NCBI RefSeq assembly: GCF_009834535.1
Contig: NC_045697.1
Location: forward strand, 86,058,001-86,122,000
Direction of reading: 5' to 3'
DNA: 64,000 bases
From: Camelus ferus
Taxonomy: Eukaryota
The notes beneath the pieces are model-generated. The model was not told where the DNA came from. It did not search any database and worked only from the letters and a program-made list of their open reading frames with translations. A program made the position numbers and the translations under genes. Positions 37,628 through 50,000 of the stretch are shown here, piece by piece (positions within the stretch are counted from its first letter, which is position 1; every line of letters starts with the position of its first letter).

Positions 37628-39995
37628 GACTTCTAGTTTCTGGTCCAGAATGTAGTTAGCTTGGAAGTGGTCACTCCTGTCCACACGACAAGAAAAAAGC
37701 TGAAAAACTAAAAACCAATAACTTTTCTTAGATCCATCACAGAAGTAGGGTCACAGGACAAATCCTGCCACAAAATGTGGAGAGGCAGACAGGCAGATAC
37801 AGAGAACTGCAGTTTTCCAAAGCAGACACTCACATATAGAAACTTCTATAGGAACCAGCCTGTGGTAGGAAACCTAAGATGTAATAGGCTACTTTCAGGA
37901 GGCTCAGTGTAAACAGGCTGAGAGTTAAAAACTCCAGGAGGGAGGCTCTCACAGGGTGGCTCCTACACTTCTGTGAGTTTTACCTCCAGAAACCCTACCA
38001 GACTCTCACACTGAAGATTGGGGGAAAAAAATCTCTTCATGCTTCTGGCAAGGGGAGGGGCCATTTTGATATAGGACCAGAACACTCTGTTCTTCTTAAC
38101 AAGAACTGCCCCCAAGAGAAGCTGTTTCCCCAGAGCCCAACAGCTTGGGGTTTTACCAGAGCCTCACTAACCTGAGAAAAGAGAAAGACCCAACTCCATC
38201 ATCTCTCTAGCCTTATGGTCTCACCAAAGGACCACTTGTAAAGGTTACAGCCCAGGGGCCCTGGCACACTAAAAATCTGAGACCAAATCACAGAATTGTA
38301 AAATGTCTCCCCTCCTCCACCTTACCAACATGTCATAAAATGGCTACATATCCCAGTTACTTTTATCCAGTACACGATGCCTGGTTTTCAACAAAAAATT
38401 ACAAAGCGTACAAAAAAACAAAAAATATGGTTTGAAGGGATGGAGCAAACATCAGAACCAGTCTCAGATATGGCAAGGATATATATATATAAAACAGATA
38501 AACAAGAAGTTCATACTGTTTAGCACAGGGAACTATATTCAATATCCTGTAAATTATGGTGAGGAAGAATGTGAAAACGAATATATGTATGTTTATGTAT
38601 GACTGAAGCATTGTGCTGTACACCAGAAATTGATATAACATTGTAAACTGGCTATACTTCAATAAAATATATATATAATATAAGAAAATTTTTAAAAATA
38701 TGCTAGGGCTTTAATAGAAAAAGTAGACAATATGCAAGAACATAGGAGACAATCTGTATGATCTGGGTTTGGAGGTGACTTTCTAGATACAACATCAAAA
38801 ACATAATCCATAAAAGAAGAATTGGTAAGTTGGACTTCATTAGAATTAAAAACTTCTGCTCTGTGAAAGACACTGTCAATAGAATAAGACAAGCCACAGA
38901 ATGAGAGAAAATATTACAAAAGTCATATCTAATAAAGTTTTATTATCCAAAATTTGCAAAGAACTCTTAAGACTCAACAACAAGAAAATGCAAAACTAAC
39001 AAATGGGCAAAATATCTGAATAGATACCTCACCAAAGATTTACAGATGGCAAATAAGCATATGTATTTGCTCAACGCATGTTCAACATCCTATGTCATTA
39101 AGGTCTTGCAAATTAAAACGAGATACCACAATAAACCTTCCACAATGATCAAAATCCAAAACACCAGCAACAAATGGTGGTTCAGATGTGGAGCAACAAG
39201 AACTCTCACCCATTGTTGGTGGGAATGCAGAATGGTGCAGACACCTGGGAAGGCAATCTGGCAGGTTTCTTAAAAAGCCAAACACATCCTTATAGTACAA
39301 TTTAGCAGTTGTGCTTCTTGGTATTTACCCAAATAGTTGAAAACTTATGTCCACACAAAAATCTGCATATGAATGTTTATAGCAGCTTTATTTATAATTG
39401 CCATAACTTAGAAGCAACTAAGATGTCGTTCAACAGGTGAATGGATAGACAAACTATGCTACACCTTTACAATGGATTATTTAGTAATAAAAAGAAGTGA
39501 GCTATCAAGTCACAAAAAGACATGGAAGAATCTTACATACATACTCTTAAGTGAAAGAAGCCAACCTGAAAAACCAAAATACTGTATGATTCCAATTATA
39601 TGACATTCTGGAAAAGGCCAAAAAGAGGCAGTAAAAAGATCAGCTGTGGCCAGGGATTAGGGGAGAGTGAGGGATGACTAAGTGGAGCACAGGTAATTTT
39701 TAGGGCAGTAGAACTATTTTGCATGATACAGTAATAGTGGATATATGTCATTATACATTTGTCAAAACCTATAAAATGTACAACATCAAGAGTGAACCCT
39801 AATGTAAACAATGGACTTTGCGTGATAATGATGTGTCAGTGTAAATTCATCAGTTGTAAGAAATATACAGCACACTGATGGGGGACATTGATGGTGGGGG
39901 AAGCTGTATGTATGCAGTCGGGGGAGGCGGGGTATATGGGAAACTGTATTTTCCACTCAAATTTGCTGTGCTCTTAAAAATGCCTATTAAATTTT
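37628..39995 (+). mobile_element. Old L1MC-like element with large internal deletion and a nested younger L1 3' fragment (about 38480-38690)
   Basis: 5'UTR-like start and ORF1-like N-terminal remnant joined to late-ORF2 text (about 38740 onward) and an L1MC-type 3'UTR. Confidence 0.65.
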
Positions 39996-41369
39996 TTAAA
40001 TCCATGTTGTCAAAATATAGCTCAGGTTTAGATTGTAAATGAAAGTTATCCTTTTGAAAAATGAGTAAAGAGCAAGTTGGAAATCATTGTTTGGAAGCCA
40101 CAACTTTGCTGGCACCCATCGCACTGCCTAGCACACTGTAGGTCCCTAATTCCTTTCCTGCCTCTCCCTCAACCCAGAAATCTATAAGCCCTCAGTTAGC
40201 AGTACCCCTGGGGAAATTGGAGTGGATGACACCTGCAAGCATATTTTGCTTTTATTTTTTTGCTTTTTTTTCCCCCAGTGTAGATGATCTTTATTGGCAG
40301 GTGTTAAGGGTGCAAAATAGTAACAAATCCAGAGAGATGGGAAGGGAAGTGGGGCATGGCTCTCCTCCTCCACGTGAGGACCCTATAAACAGGCCAGTGG
40401 GATGGGAGCATTTGACTGTTTCCACTTTGGACCCAGCACCCACAGCGATGGACAAGACCGGGTGTATCTCTTTCTCCATGAGATTTGGATCAGGGCTCCT
40501 CCAACTTTCGTGTGTATATGAATTATCTGAAAAGGTTGTTCAAACAGATTGCAGGGCCTCTTCTGCAAAGTTTCTGATTCAGCAAGTCTGGAGTAGTACC
40601 CGAGAATTTGGATTTTCAACTACCCCCTGGATGCTGCTGCTGGCCAGTGGATCACATTTTAAAGTCACAAGAATTTTGATCGTTTTGAAAGATAAAATCT
40701 GCTCAGTAGACGTTCTGGAATTTATAAAAGAGGAGCTTGGGACCAGCAATCTGGCTGAAAGGGACTGAGGAACTTCTTGGAAGGCTGTGTTTGCTTGGCA
40801 AGCACGCCGTGTTTACTTAGAATCAGAGCTTAGTTGGAGGGACTAGGGTGAGGGAGACTGTGAGGGGGGCCTGAGCAAACCAGTAGCCCATGTTTTATTT
40901 TGCTCTCAGAGAGTTTTAACAGTATTTGGATCCCTTTAGATAGGTCATGTGTCCTGTAGGGAACCATGGTCCCCATCACTTCTGGCAGTCCCATAACTGG
41001 TCACCTTCATTCATTTATAATCTGCCTGGACCCTGGAGCCATTTGACTTTGTAAGCCCTGTACTAGATGATCCTTCAGACCCCTTATAGCCTTAAAATTA
41101 TGAGATGTTATCTGTAGACTTCTCTTTTATGCAGGAGAGGAAGTTACTACTAACACAGAAAAGCGCCTTTGCCACCGGTTATTTTCAACTACATATCTTC
41201 ACACTGCAATGAGGAAGTTTCAGGTAAAAATAGCTTCATGAATACTCTAATTCCCACAACAATATAATCTAAGATGAACACAGGCATCTTCCTTTAAGAA
41301 GACTTGGTATATAAAATTAGAGATAGAAATTAATACATGTATGAATAAACAAGGCAAAATATAATAGTT

Positions 41370-41567
41370 TAGGGTTGCCAGATTTAGTTTAAAAATATAG
41401 GATGCCCAGTTACACTTGAATTTCAGATAAACAACAAATTATGTTTTAGTATAAGTATGTATGATGCAGTATTTGGGGCAAATTGAAAACGCTTATACTA
41501 AAAAAACTTGTTGTTTATCTGAGATTCAATTGTAACTTAGCAGCCTGTATTCTATCTGGCAATCCAT
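41370..41567. mobile_element. MER53-like palindromic MITE
   Basis: Termini agggttgccagat / atctggcaatcc. Internal arms tcagataaacaacaa..ttttagtataag / cttatactaaaa..ttgttgtttatctga. Confidence 0.8.
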
Positions 41568-42005
41568 ACTAGTTTCCTATTGCTGCTTTAACAAATTATT
41601 TCAAACTTAGTGGCTCAAAGCAACATAAATTTATTACCTTACATTTCTGAAGGTCAGAAGTCTAAATGTGTCCCCAAGGCGATGTTCATTTTGGAGGAGG
41701 AATCCATTCTTTCGCCTGTTCCAGTTTTTAGCTGCCCACATTCCTTGGTTTGTGGGCCCTTCCTCAATTTTCAAAGCCAGAGATATAGCATCTTCTCTCA
41801 TCACTAACCTCTGTTTCTGTTGTCTCATTCCCTTCCTCTCCCATCTCCCTCTTATAAGCACCCTTGTGATTACATTGGGTCCACCTAGATAATCTCCCCA
41901 TCCTGAAATCCTTCATTTAATCACAGCTGCTGAATAACTTTTGCCTTACATGGTAACATAGATTCCTGGAATTAGGACAGGGCATTGGGGGGGCATTATT
42001 CTCAT
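41568..42005 (-). mobile_element. MaLR (MLT1-type) solo LTR
   Basis: tagtttcctattgctgct...acttagtggct...ggtcagaagtctaaat...cttgtgattacattgggtccacctagataatc. Confidence 0.75.
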
Positions 42006-42819
42006 AATAGTTATTTGAGTTACAAGTTTAAGCCACAATTATACATTCTACTTTTATTATTTTATTTCTAATTCTATTTCAGATATGATTTTATTTGTAT
42101 AAATCTAATTGGCACAGAATTTTTCTGGAATGTAGTCATTGTTTAGACACTAAACCGCATAATTTCCTACAGATTTTTATCAGTGGGTATGAATCTTCTT
42201 TTCATAGATGAGATCAAAGGTCTTCTGTCACATGCCTGAGACAGAGCCATATTCATACTTTTCTTTGTGTCCTGAATTACCCACACATTACAACAATCTG
42301 AGTGCAGTGGAAATCAACGTATCCCCTGCTTCTCTTCCCTCTCATTTTGTTGTATTTATTATAAGCTGAAGACTGATATTTTTTTATTACTCTGAATATA
42401 TAGGAAACATATAGGAAAAAATAATAATAGGAGAAATTATTTAAAAATCTTTTCAGATATTAACTACGTGTTTTCCAGGATGAGTCTTGAAAAACAACAA
42501 GTGTCTTCTTGAAACACTTTCCTTTCCTGCAGATAATATCCTGTCTGCTCCTCCCCATCATGAAGGACTTACTAACTCAAATGTCACCTCTATAAAGTGA
42601 CCTCTTCCTGCAAGTAGCTCTATTAAAACAGCATCCTCAGTCTCAGAATTTCGTATGTGAAATTGTTTTACTTGTGTAGGTTTTCATTGTTTGTCTCCAA
42701 AGAGAATGGAAATTCCTATGGAACAGGATCTTGTCCACCCTGTTTATCCAGCACTTGAATTATTCTTGGGACACAGGAGGCCCTCACAAATAATGTAAGT
42801 AACTTACAGAGTACATGGA

Positions 42820-43050
42820 TTGCATGTTTTTCATGTTCGGTACAATAAATTACATGAGATATTGAACATTTTATTATAAAATAGGCTTTGTGGTAGATGA
42901 TTTTGCACAACTGTAGGCTAATGCAACTGCTCTGAGAACGTTTAAGGTAGGCAAGGCTAAGCTGTGAGGTTCCTAGTTTAGGTAATGTCTTTTCGATTTA
43001 GGATGGGTTTATCTGGACATAAATTCCATGTAAGTGAAGGAAGATCTGTA
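42820..43050. mobile_element. Tigger-type DNA transposon end fragment
   Basis: ttattataaaataggctttgtg..tagatgattttgc..caactgtaggctaat..gtttaaggtaggc..atctgta resembles Tigger3/MER7 (recalled). Confidence 0.65.
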
Positions 43051-43589
43051 CTATTTGATACTGCCTCTCCCCAAAAGCCAAATGATTGGCAACATGAACA
43101 CACTTAAGTTTCTCTGTGTCTATAAAAATAAGTTTATACCTTAAAATGACTGGAGGAACTGTAAAAAAAAATAAATAGCAACTCTTGTTTCATCCAATGG
43201 CAGCTATAACACCATTAGTTACAAACTGAAAATATTCTTAATTCTTGTCAACTCAGGTCTACAAGCTTTCACCGTCAGCCCGTATTAATGCCCCAACTCA
43301 CCGTCTCAACTTTCTTCTCCCTCCTCCTTTCCACTTACGCCCTTTCATTACAGCGTTTCTCCAAAGAATCTGATACAAACTCTGCCTCTGCAGCTTTCTA
43401 GCGGTCAGCCCTCAACTTCTCATCTGTAAAACAGCAATACCTGTCTAGCCTATCCTGCTAGAACCGAGGATACGATGAAGAGTGAGAGTGCTACACTGAT
43501 ACTAATTTCTATCACTGGTGGTTACTTGGGATCCTTTTCTCCCCTACACTTCAAAATAAAAGAAAAAAGACCTCTCCGTTCAGAATTCA

Positions 43590-44030
43590 GCCTCCCTAAG
43601 CCCTTCGGCTTCCCTCGCCCAGCTCGGCCCTTTCGAACTTCGCTTTGAGCCTGCGCACTAGCGCGCTCAGCGTTTGCTTTCCCACCGTCAGCCGCCGCGC
43701 TTTGATGACGTAAACGTCCTGCGCCGCGGTGCGAGCAGCGCGCGTGAAGTGGCTCGGATTCTCTTTTCCCCACGGAGTCCAGTGCCAGTGGATCCCTTGA
43801 CCCGACAGCATGAAGGAGACACCACTCTCAAACTGCGAGCGCCGCTTTTTACTCCGTGCCATCGAAGAGAAAAAGGTAAACCGGGAACTTGGCGCTGCAG
43901 GAGCGCTGGGGTCGCACAGCGGCCCGCGCGCAGCCTTCCGCTTTGGGCGTACGGGCAGGCCCCGGGAGCCCTTGGGGCTGCGATCGACTTGTTCCCCAAC
44001 CCCACAAAACAACCCCCACCCCGCTCGAAG
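43590..44030 (+). promoter_or_regulatory. EXOSC9 CpG-island promoter
   Basis: CpG-rich region around exon 1, with an ATF/CRE-like tgacgtaa at about 43706 and gcgcgc/tgcgca motifs. Confidence 0.75.
43810..43875 (+). CDS. EXOSC9: EXOSC9 coding exon 1
   Basis: MKETPLSNCERRFLLRAIEEKK|gtaaac. Confidence 0.95.
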
Positions 44031-47000
44031 TATTTATTTGTCTCCAGTGGAATCTTTTGAAGGCTCTGGTCACTACAGCCACTCAATGCCCAGGCACCAA
44101 GTTTCCACTCTCCTATGTGGAATGGTTAGGATCCTACTTTTCTCCTAGTGCTTAGCCCAGTGCCTGGCACAAAATAACTGCTCAATAAATATTTGTATTA
44201 GGAATAAACGAGTGAATGTTGTGCTTACAGCGGCTGGATGGCAGACAAACCTATGATTATAGGAACATCAAGATCACATTTGGAACAGATTATGGGTGCT
44301 GCATTGTGGAACTTGGAAAAACAAGGTAACAATAGGTTCAAATTAGGTATAAGCTCAGTAGGGAGAAATTTAAATTTATTGATTCAGTTTACAAAGTAGC
44401 TGAGAAGTCTGGATAGTACTTTCAGTTGCCAAAAATAAGTGTATTTTCTTTAATGCAAGACTTTGGTTTTATCGTCACACTTTAAATTTTTAATCAGGAA
44501 TATATTTTTTCGTCACACGAGGATCACATAGCTCTTTCTGACCTTTAGGAATTATATATATGACCAGCAGTGATTGCACTGAATTTGTTCCTGCATTTGT
44601 TGTCATTAAATAGGGCCTGCTTTCCTCCTTTTCTGGAATGACATGAGAAATAGGTTTTTAATATTCACTTGGAAGTTGTGAGGATATTGGTCAAATAATG
44701 TTGCTGAACCTTGCCATATGAAAACTACAGAAGTCTCAAGTGTGCATGCCATCTTTTATCACTAAATGTTTGTTTTAGAAAAGAGAAGTAATGGTCATTG
44801 ACTCTTTTAAAAATCTGTGGAATAGTCAGTGTTGTAATGAGAAATGTTTTTTCCTGTCATCTCTTTGGGTATGCCAGCCATGTGTTTTCTTTCTATATAC
44901 ATTCTACTACTATACTTTATATGTAACTTCAGCCTCTAATGATATAGCATGGTGAACATGTTATTACTCAGCACAGTATAAGATTGAAACTTAACAGGTG
45001 TCTGTTCTAGACTTCCTTTTTTTTCTCTTTAATTGTAAAGGAAGTACATTTAGTTAACAGATTTGTACTTTATCTTTGCAGAGTTCTTGGACAGGTTTCC
45101 TGTGAACTTGTTTCTCCAAAACTCAATAGGGCAACAGAAGGTATTCTTTTTTTCAACCTTGAACTCTCTCAGATGGCTGCCCCAGCTTTTGAACCTGGCA
45201 GGTATTTAAATTTTTTTCTTAGGCTGCTTTAGCCAGAGGAGAGCCTAACAGGGGTGAACTATTGTTTTAATGCCTGGTGTTATATTTCATGACCTTAGCC
45301 CATTCCTATTTTCATAGGCAGTCAGATCTCTTGGTGAAGTTGAATCGCCTCTTGGAAAGATGTCTAAGAAATTCGAAGTGTATAGACACTGAATCTCTCT
45401 GTGTTGTTGCTGGTGAAAAGGTGGGGAATATGCCCAAAGTTCTTAATCTTAGGATGAGTATTATCAGTTCATGGATCCCTGTATCTAGACTTTGATTCTC
45501 AGAGCTTCAATTAACTCAGTTTTATACTAGTTCACTTCACATCGTATGTTCCTCAGTGCTACCCATAGAACCTTGCGTCATGTCTCCCTGAGGGGGCAAA
45601 AAACATTGGTGGAAGTAGGAACTTGGATTTGTATACAAATTTCTTATTCAAAGAACATGTGGCTTTTCACATGTTCTCATCTATTTTTTTTATGTTATTT
45701 AAGTGAGTTGATAGAAGCAGGTAATGTTTTCCTTTCTTTATGGATGAAAAACTGAAGAACTGATTAAATCTTTCATTCGGGTAGGTTTATTGACTTATAC
45801 AGGGCCACATAGTGAGTCAGTGGTAGTCTGACATTGGAAATCTTACTCTCAGTATATTGCACTGATACTTCCTATTTGCGTTACTTGTAAGATTATCATA
45901 AATACTGCCAAATAAAACCTGAGTTTGTGGTTTTTCATTAAGGAGACACAATTAAAACATAACTAGTCTTGCAGTTAGGAGAATCTTTGCACTAAATATA
46001 GAATGGTTCTGTTTACTCAGAGTAGATATTTTACTGTTGTCAAATGACTCATAGAGAAATGAACTATTAGTATTTCAGATGTTGGTCTGGCTTAACATTT
46101 TTCTAAATATATTTTTATTGATACAATAGAAAGAGTAACTGCATGTTTTAATAGCAAGAGAAAAATTTGCACATAGTGTTACTTTTCTTTATAAATAACC
46201 TCTGGTGTGATTTAGGATTTAGTCTTGTTTTAAATTCACATTCAGGTTTGGCAAATACGTGTGGATCTGCATTTATTAAATCATGATGGAAATATTATTG
46301 ATGCTGCCAGCATTGCTGCAATTGTAGCCTTATGTCACTTCCGAAGGCCTGATGTCTCTGTCCAAGGAGATGAAGTAACACTGGTAAGCTCCCACCATGT
46401 GAGCCAGGCTCCTTCTTATGAATGAATGAATATCCTTGATGTGCAGACAACTTGTATTTAATGAAGCCCCATAGTAAATGGCAATTAGATATGTCCTAAA
46501 ATTTATTCACAATGCAAAAACTAAATATGGTCACAGGTGCCCTTGAAATCACTCAAATCTCCTGTGTTGACATGTTTGTCAGTGAAAGCACACTCTAGTT
46601 CTAGAATAGAACTAGATGGCTTCTTTGCATTGAGCATTAGATGAAGTGGTTGGCTTATGCTTAGGGGGCATGTGTGAAAAATACATTATTTTCATGTGTT
46701 CCCAGTGAGATGCTTGTGCTTACTCTGTGCCAAAAACCCATTAGAAACAAACACCTGGAAGGTGATAGTTACACAGCTATATATTTACTAAAAAGTGAAT
46801 AATTTACTAACAGTGAGGGGATTTTATGGTTTGTAAATTATACCTCTATAAAGCTTTTTGACAAATGCGTAAAGTTTTAAGGCACATGAATGGCAAAGTC
46901 AAATAGGTAATCGCAAAAGTTATTTAGGTACTCACTGAGGATTCAAGGGATTTTATTTTTTATTTTGATATTTGTTGTACAAGATGATTTTTTTTTGTCT

Positions 47001-50000
47001 GTTTATAACTTAGTGGCTGTAATTATTCAAACTTTTATTTTCACACAGTACACACCTGAAGAACGTGATCCTGTCCCATTGAGCATCCACCACATGCCGA
47101 TTTGTGTCAGCTTTGCCTTCTTCCAGCAGGGGTAAGTCTCATCCTTGTCATGGGCTGAAGTTATAAATGCAGCCATGAACTTTTTTGTTCTGCTCAGATG
47201 TGCCGTAGACAAGTGAACAAACCCCTCCTTTAATACTAAAGCACCTTATAGTTTTTTCTTTGTAAGAGCATCAGTTGGCAAAGCACTTTCTCAGTGGAAG
47301 TGAGAAACTCTCCCATAATGAAGAGGCTTCACGTTTGTCTTTTCATGGCTTTCTTATAAATTTATGCATTTACTGCAGTGTGGTAGTGTGTGTCTTTCCT
47401 AGAGATGTACAGATGTTAGGCTCTAGCTTGGTAAAGTGTGATGAGAAGTACTGCGGATTAATGGAAGACAGAGGACTTTGGAGCTTACCAGATGAAGTAG
47501 TTATAGGAGCACGTCACATGGGGGATGGTTCAGAAATGGGAAAAAAATCTAGTTTTCTTCAGCTCTACAGCTGTTTCTTCACAACTCACTGCTAATTCAC
47601 CCTACAACAGAAAACCTGGAAGCTTAGGTCCATGTAAGTTGTCTTCAAATGAGAGCTCAAGCCTTAAATTTCTTAATAAACAAAGAGGGGTGTAAATATT
47701 TTAGTAACTTTATGAATAAGAACTGGAGAAAATCTTTCATTGTTCAGTCATTGTATAGAATTTTATTAGCGGGAACTAGACCAGCACTGTACAGTAGAAT
47801 TACATGAGCCATGCATGTAATTTTAATAGCCACATTTAAAAGGTAAAAGGAAACAGTTAAAATTAATTTTGATGTATTTTATTTTACTTAATATATCTAA
47901 AATATTATTTTAACATGTAATCACTATCTTAAAAATTATTCATGAGATATTTTACATTTTATTTCTACTAAGTCTTTGAAATACAGTATTTTACATTAAT
48001 AGTACATCTCAATTTGAACCAGCCACATTCCAAGGACTTGACACCTTGAATAAAGGCTAACATTGCACAGTGTGGAAATAGTGTTTTTTTTTTAATGAGC
48101 TGGTAGAACCTGGAAGAAATTCAAAGTACAGGATATTAGGGAAACTTTAAAATTAATGTTATAATAATTCTTTTGTCTCATTTCACATTAAAGTGACTCA
48201 CATTCATAGGCTCAGAACTTCACAGCATTGACTTTATTATAATGCTGTCTTTTTAAAAACTTCATTATGTTAAAATTGACAAGCATTCAGCCTCATATTT
48301 AACATTTATTTCAGGACATACTTACTGGTGGATCCCAATGAGCGAGAGGAACGTGTAATGGATGGCTTGCTGGTGATTGCCATGAATAAACATCGAGAGA
48401 TTTGTACCATCCAGTCCAGTGGTGGGATAATGCTGCTGAAAGATCAAGTCAGTGCTTTGACTAGTATTCCATTAAGAACGGCTCTCTTCCTTTTAGAAAC
48501 TTTTTCTTGTTTTTTAACTGAAATCCAACAAAGATATTTTCAATGACAGATTCTAGGATGTGTTAGAATCTGGCTTCAGTACTGTCGTTATGCTCTGTTG
48601 ACTTGTGGCTACAAGGGGTCCTCCTTGCTCCCTTGCTGCTCCCATAGATGGCCCTGCAGAGTCTAAACCTTCAAGGTAGAGGAATACTTTTTTCCTTCCA
48701 GTGAGGAAAGAAATTTATATCCCTATTTTTTTTTAAGTGTAAAAAAGTAGAAATTGGGGTAAAAATATGGTTTGACTTTGGGAATTTGTGTGCCGTGAGC
48801 AGTTGTTCTCAGACGCAGCTACGTGCAGGATTCACATGGGGGCTTGTAGGAGATAGACTGCCATGTAGCACACAGTGCAGGTGGCTAAGAGCACAGAAAC
48901 GGCTTAGTTTGGAATTCCAGCTCTGCTTTACACTAAGTGACCAGCAGGTGATTTCAGGTTTGTGCCTCAGTCTCTTTATTTGTGAAACAGGGAATAATGT
49001 TACTGTCAACACCCTCTTGTTAGGAGGATATAAGAATAGATATGGGCATATTGTACCGTGTAACATACATTAAGTGTGCAGTAAATGTTAGTGTCTGTTA
49101 TCATCATCAGTCATTATTACCAGCATCGTGACCACTACCAGATAGATCCCTGTTTCCAAGGATTCTAATCCATTAGGTCCCTGAGGCCTGGGAATCTTTA
49201 CTTTATAAAAGCTTCCTGGGGGTTACTGTGCAGCCATGTCTTGAACAGAACTGTGGATCAGTCATACAGAAAGTAAGTTAGTGCATCCCTGAACATGTGT
49301 GTCTGTGGCCTCTGCTGTGGTCACTTTTACATTGTCATAGAAGAGTTTTTGGGTGAGTTCCCTTGACATCATCTAAAAATAACTCTCACATCTTGACTTA
49401 ATTTGTGTTTACATTGTATTATGTTCATGTTCGTTGTATTATTATGAAAAAAAAGGCTTAATTTTTAAAGGTCAAAAAACTAATCTCACGTTTTTTGTTT
49501 TGTTAGAGAAAGCTGTTTGATTTATTGTCTCTAAATAACAGAATTCACTTATTTTATAAATAGGTTTTGAGATGTAGTAAAATAGCTGGTGTGAAAGTAA
49601 TGGAAATTACAGAGCTAATACAGAAAGCTTTGGAGAACGACCAGAAAGTTAGGTAAGTTTAATTTTTTTTAGAACTGAATGGTCTTTTTATAGATTTTTT
49701 TCTGTTAAGGACCTTTCTTACACAAGCATAACCAGTTTTTACACTCAGTCTTTCCTTATCTGTTAATCTCAGTTGCATGTACTAAATGTTTTTTGAAAGT
49801 TAATGAAACTATTTGTTATATTGTATTACAGTTTGAACAGTCTGAACTGAAAAGCCACATAACATTTTTCTTTTAGAAAAATTAACATTTTCTTAGGAAA
49901 AAAGAATCTGATAACTCACATTAACAGAGAGAACACAAACTGGTGTTGATTACAGTCTCTTCTTACTGTGTGACATTAAGCAACATCGATAACCCAGCAC

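Noticed and set aside
40217..40768. 183-aa plus-strand ORF
   Set aside because: TTG start, partly overlaps a MER5-like repeat, and has no recognisable domain or splice context.
43522..44155. Multiple ORFs on both strands at the EXOSC9 promoter
   Set aside because: CpG-island artefacts or exon 1 read-through into intron 1.
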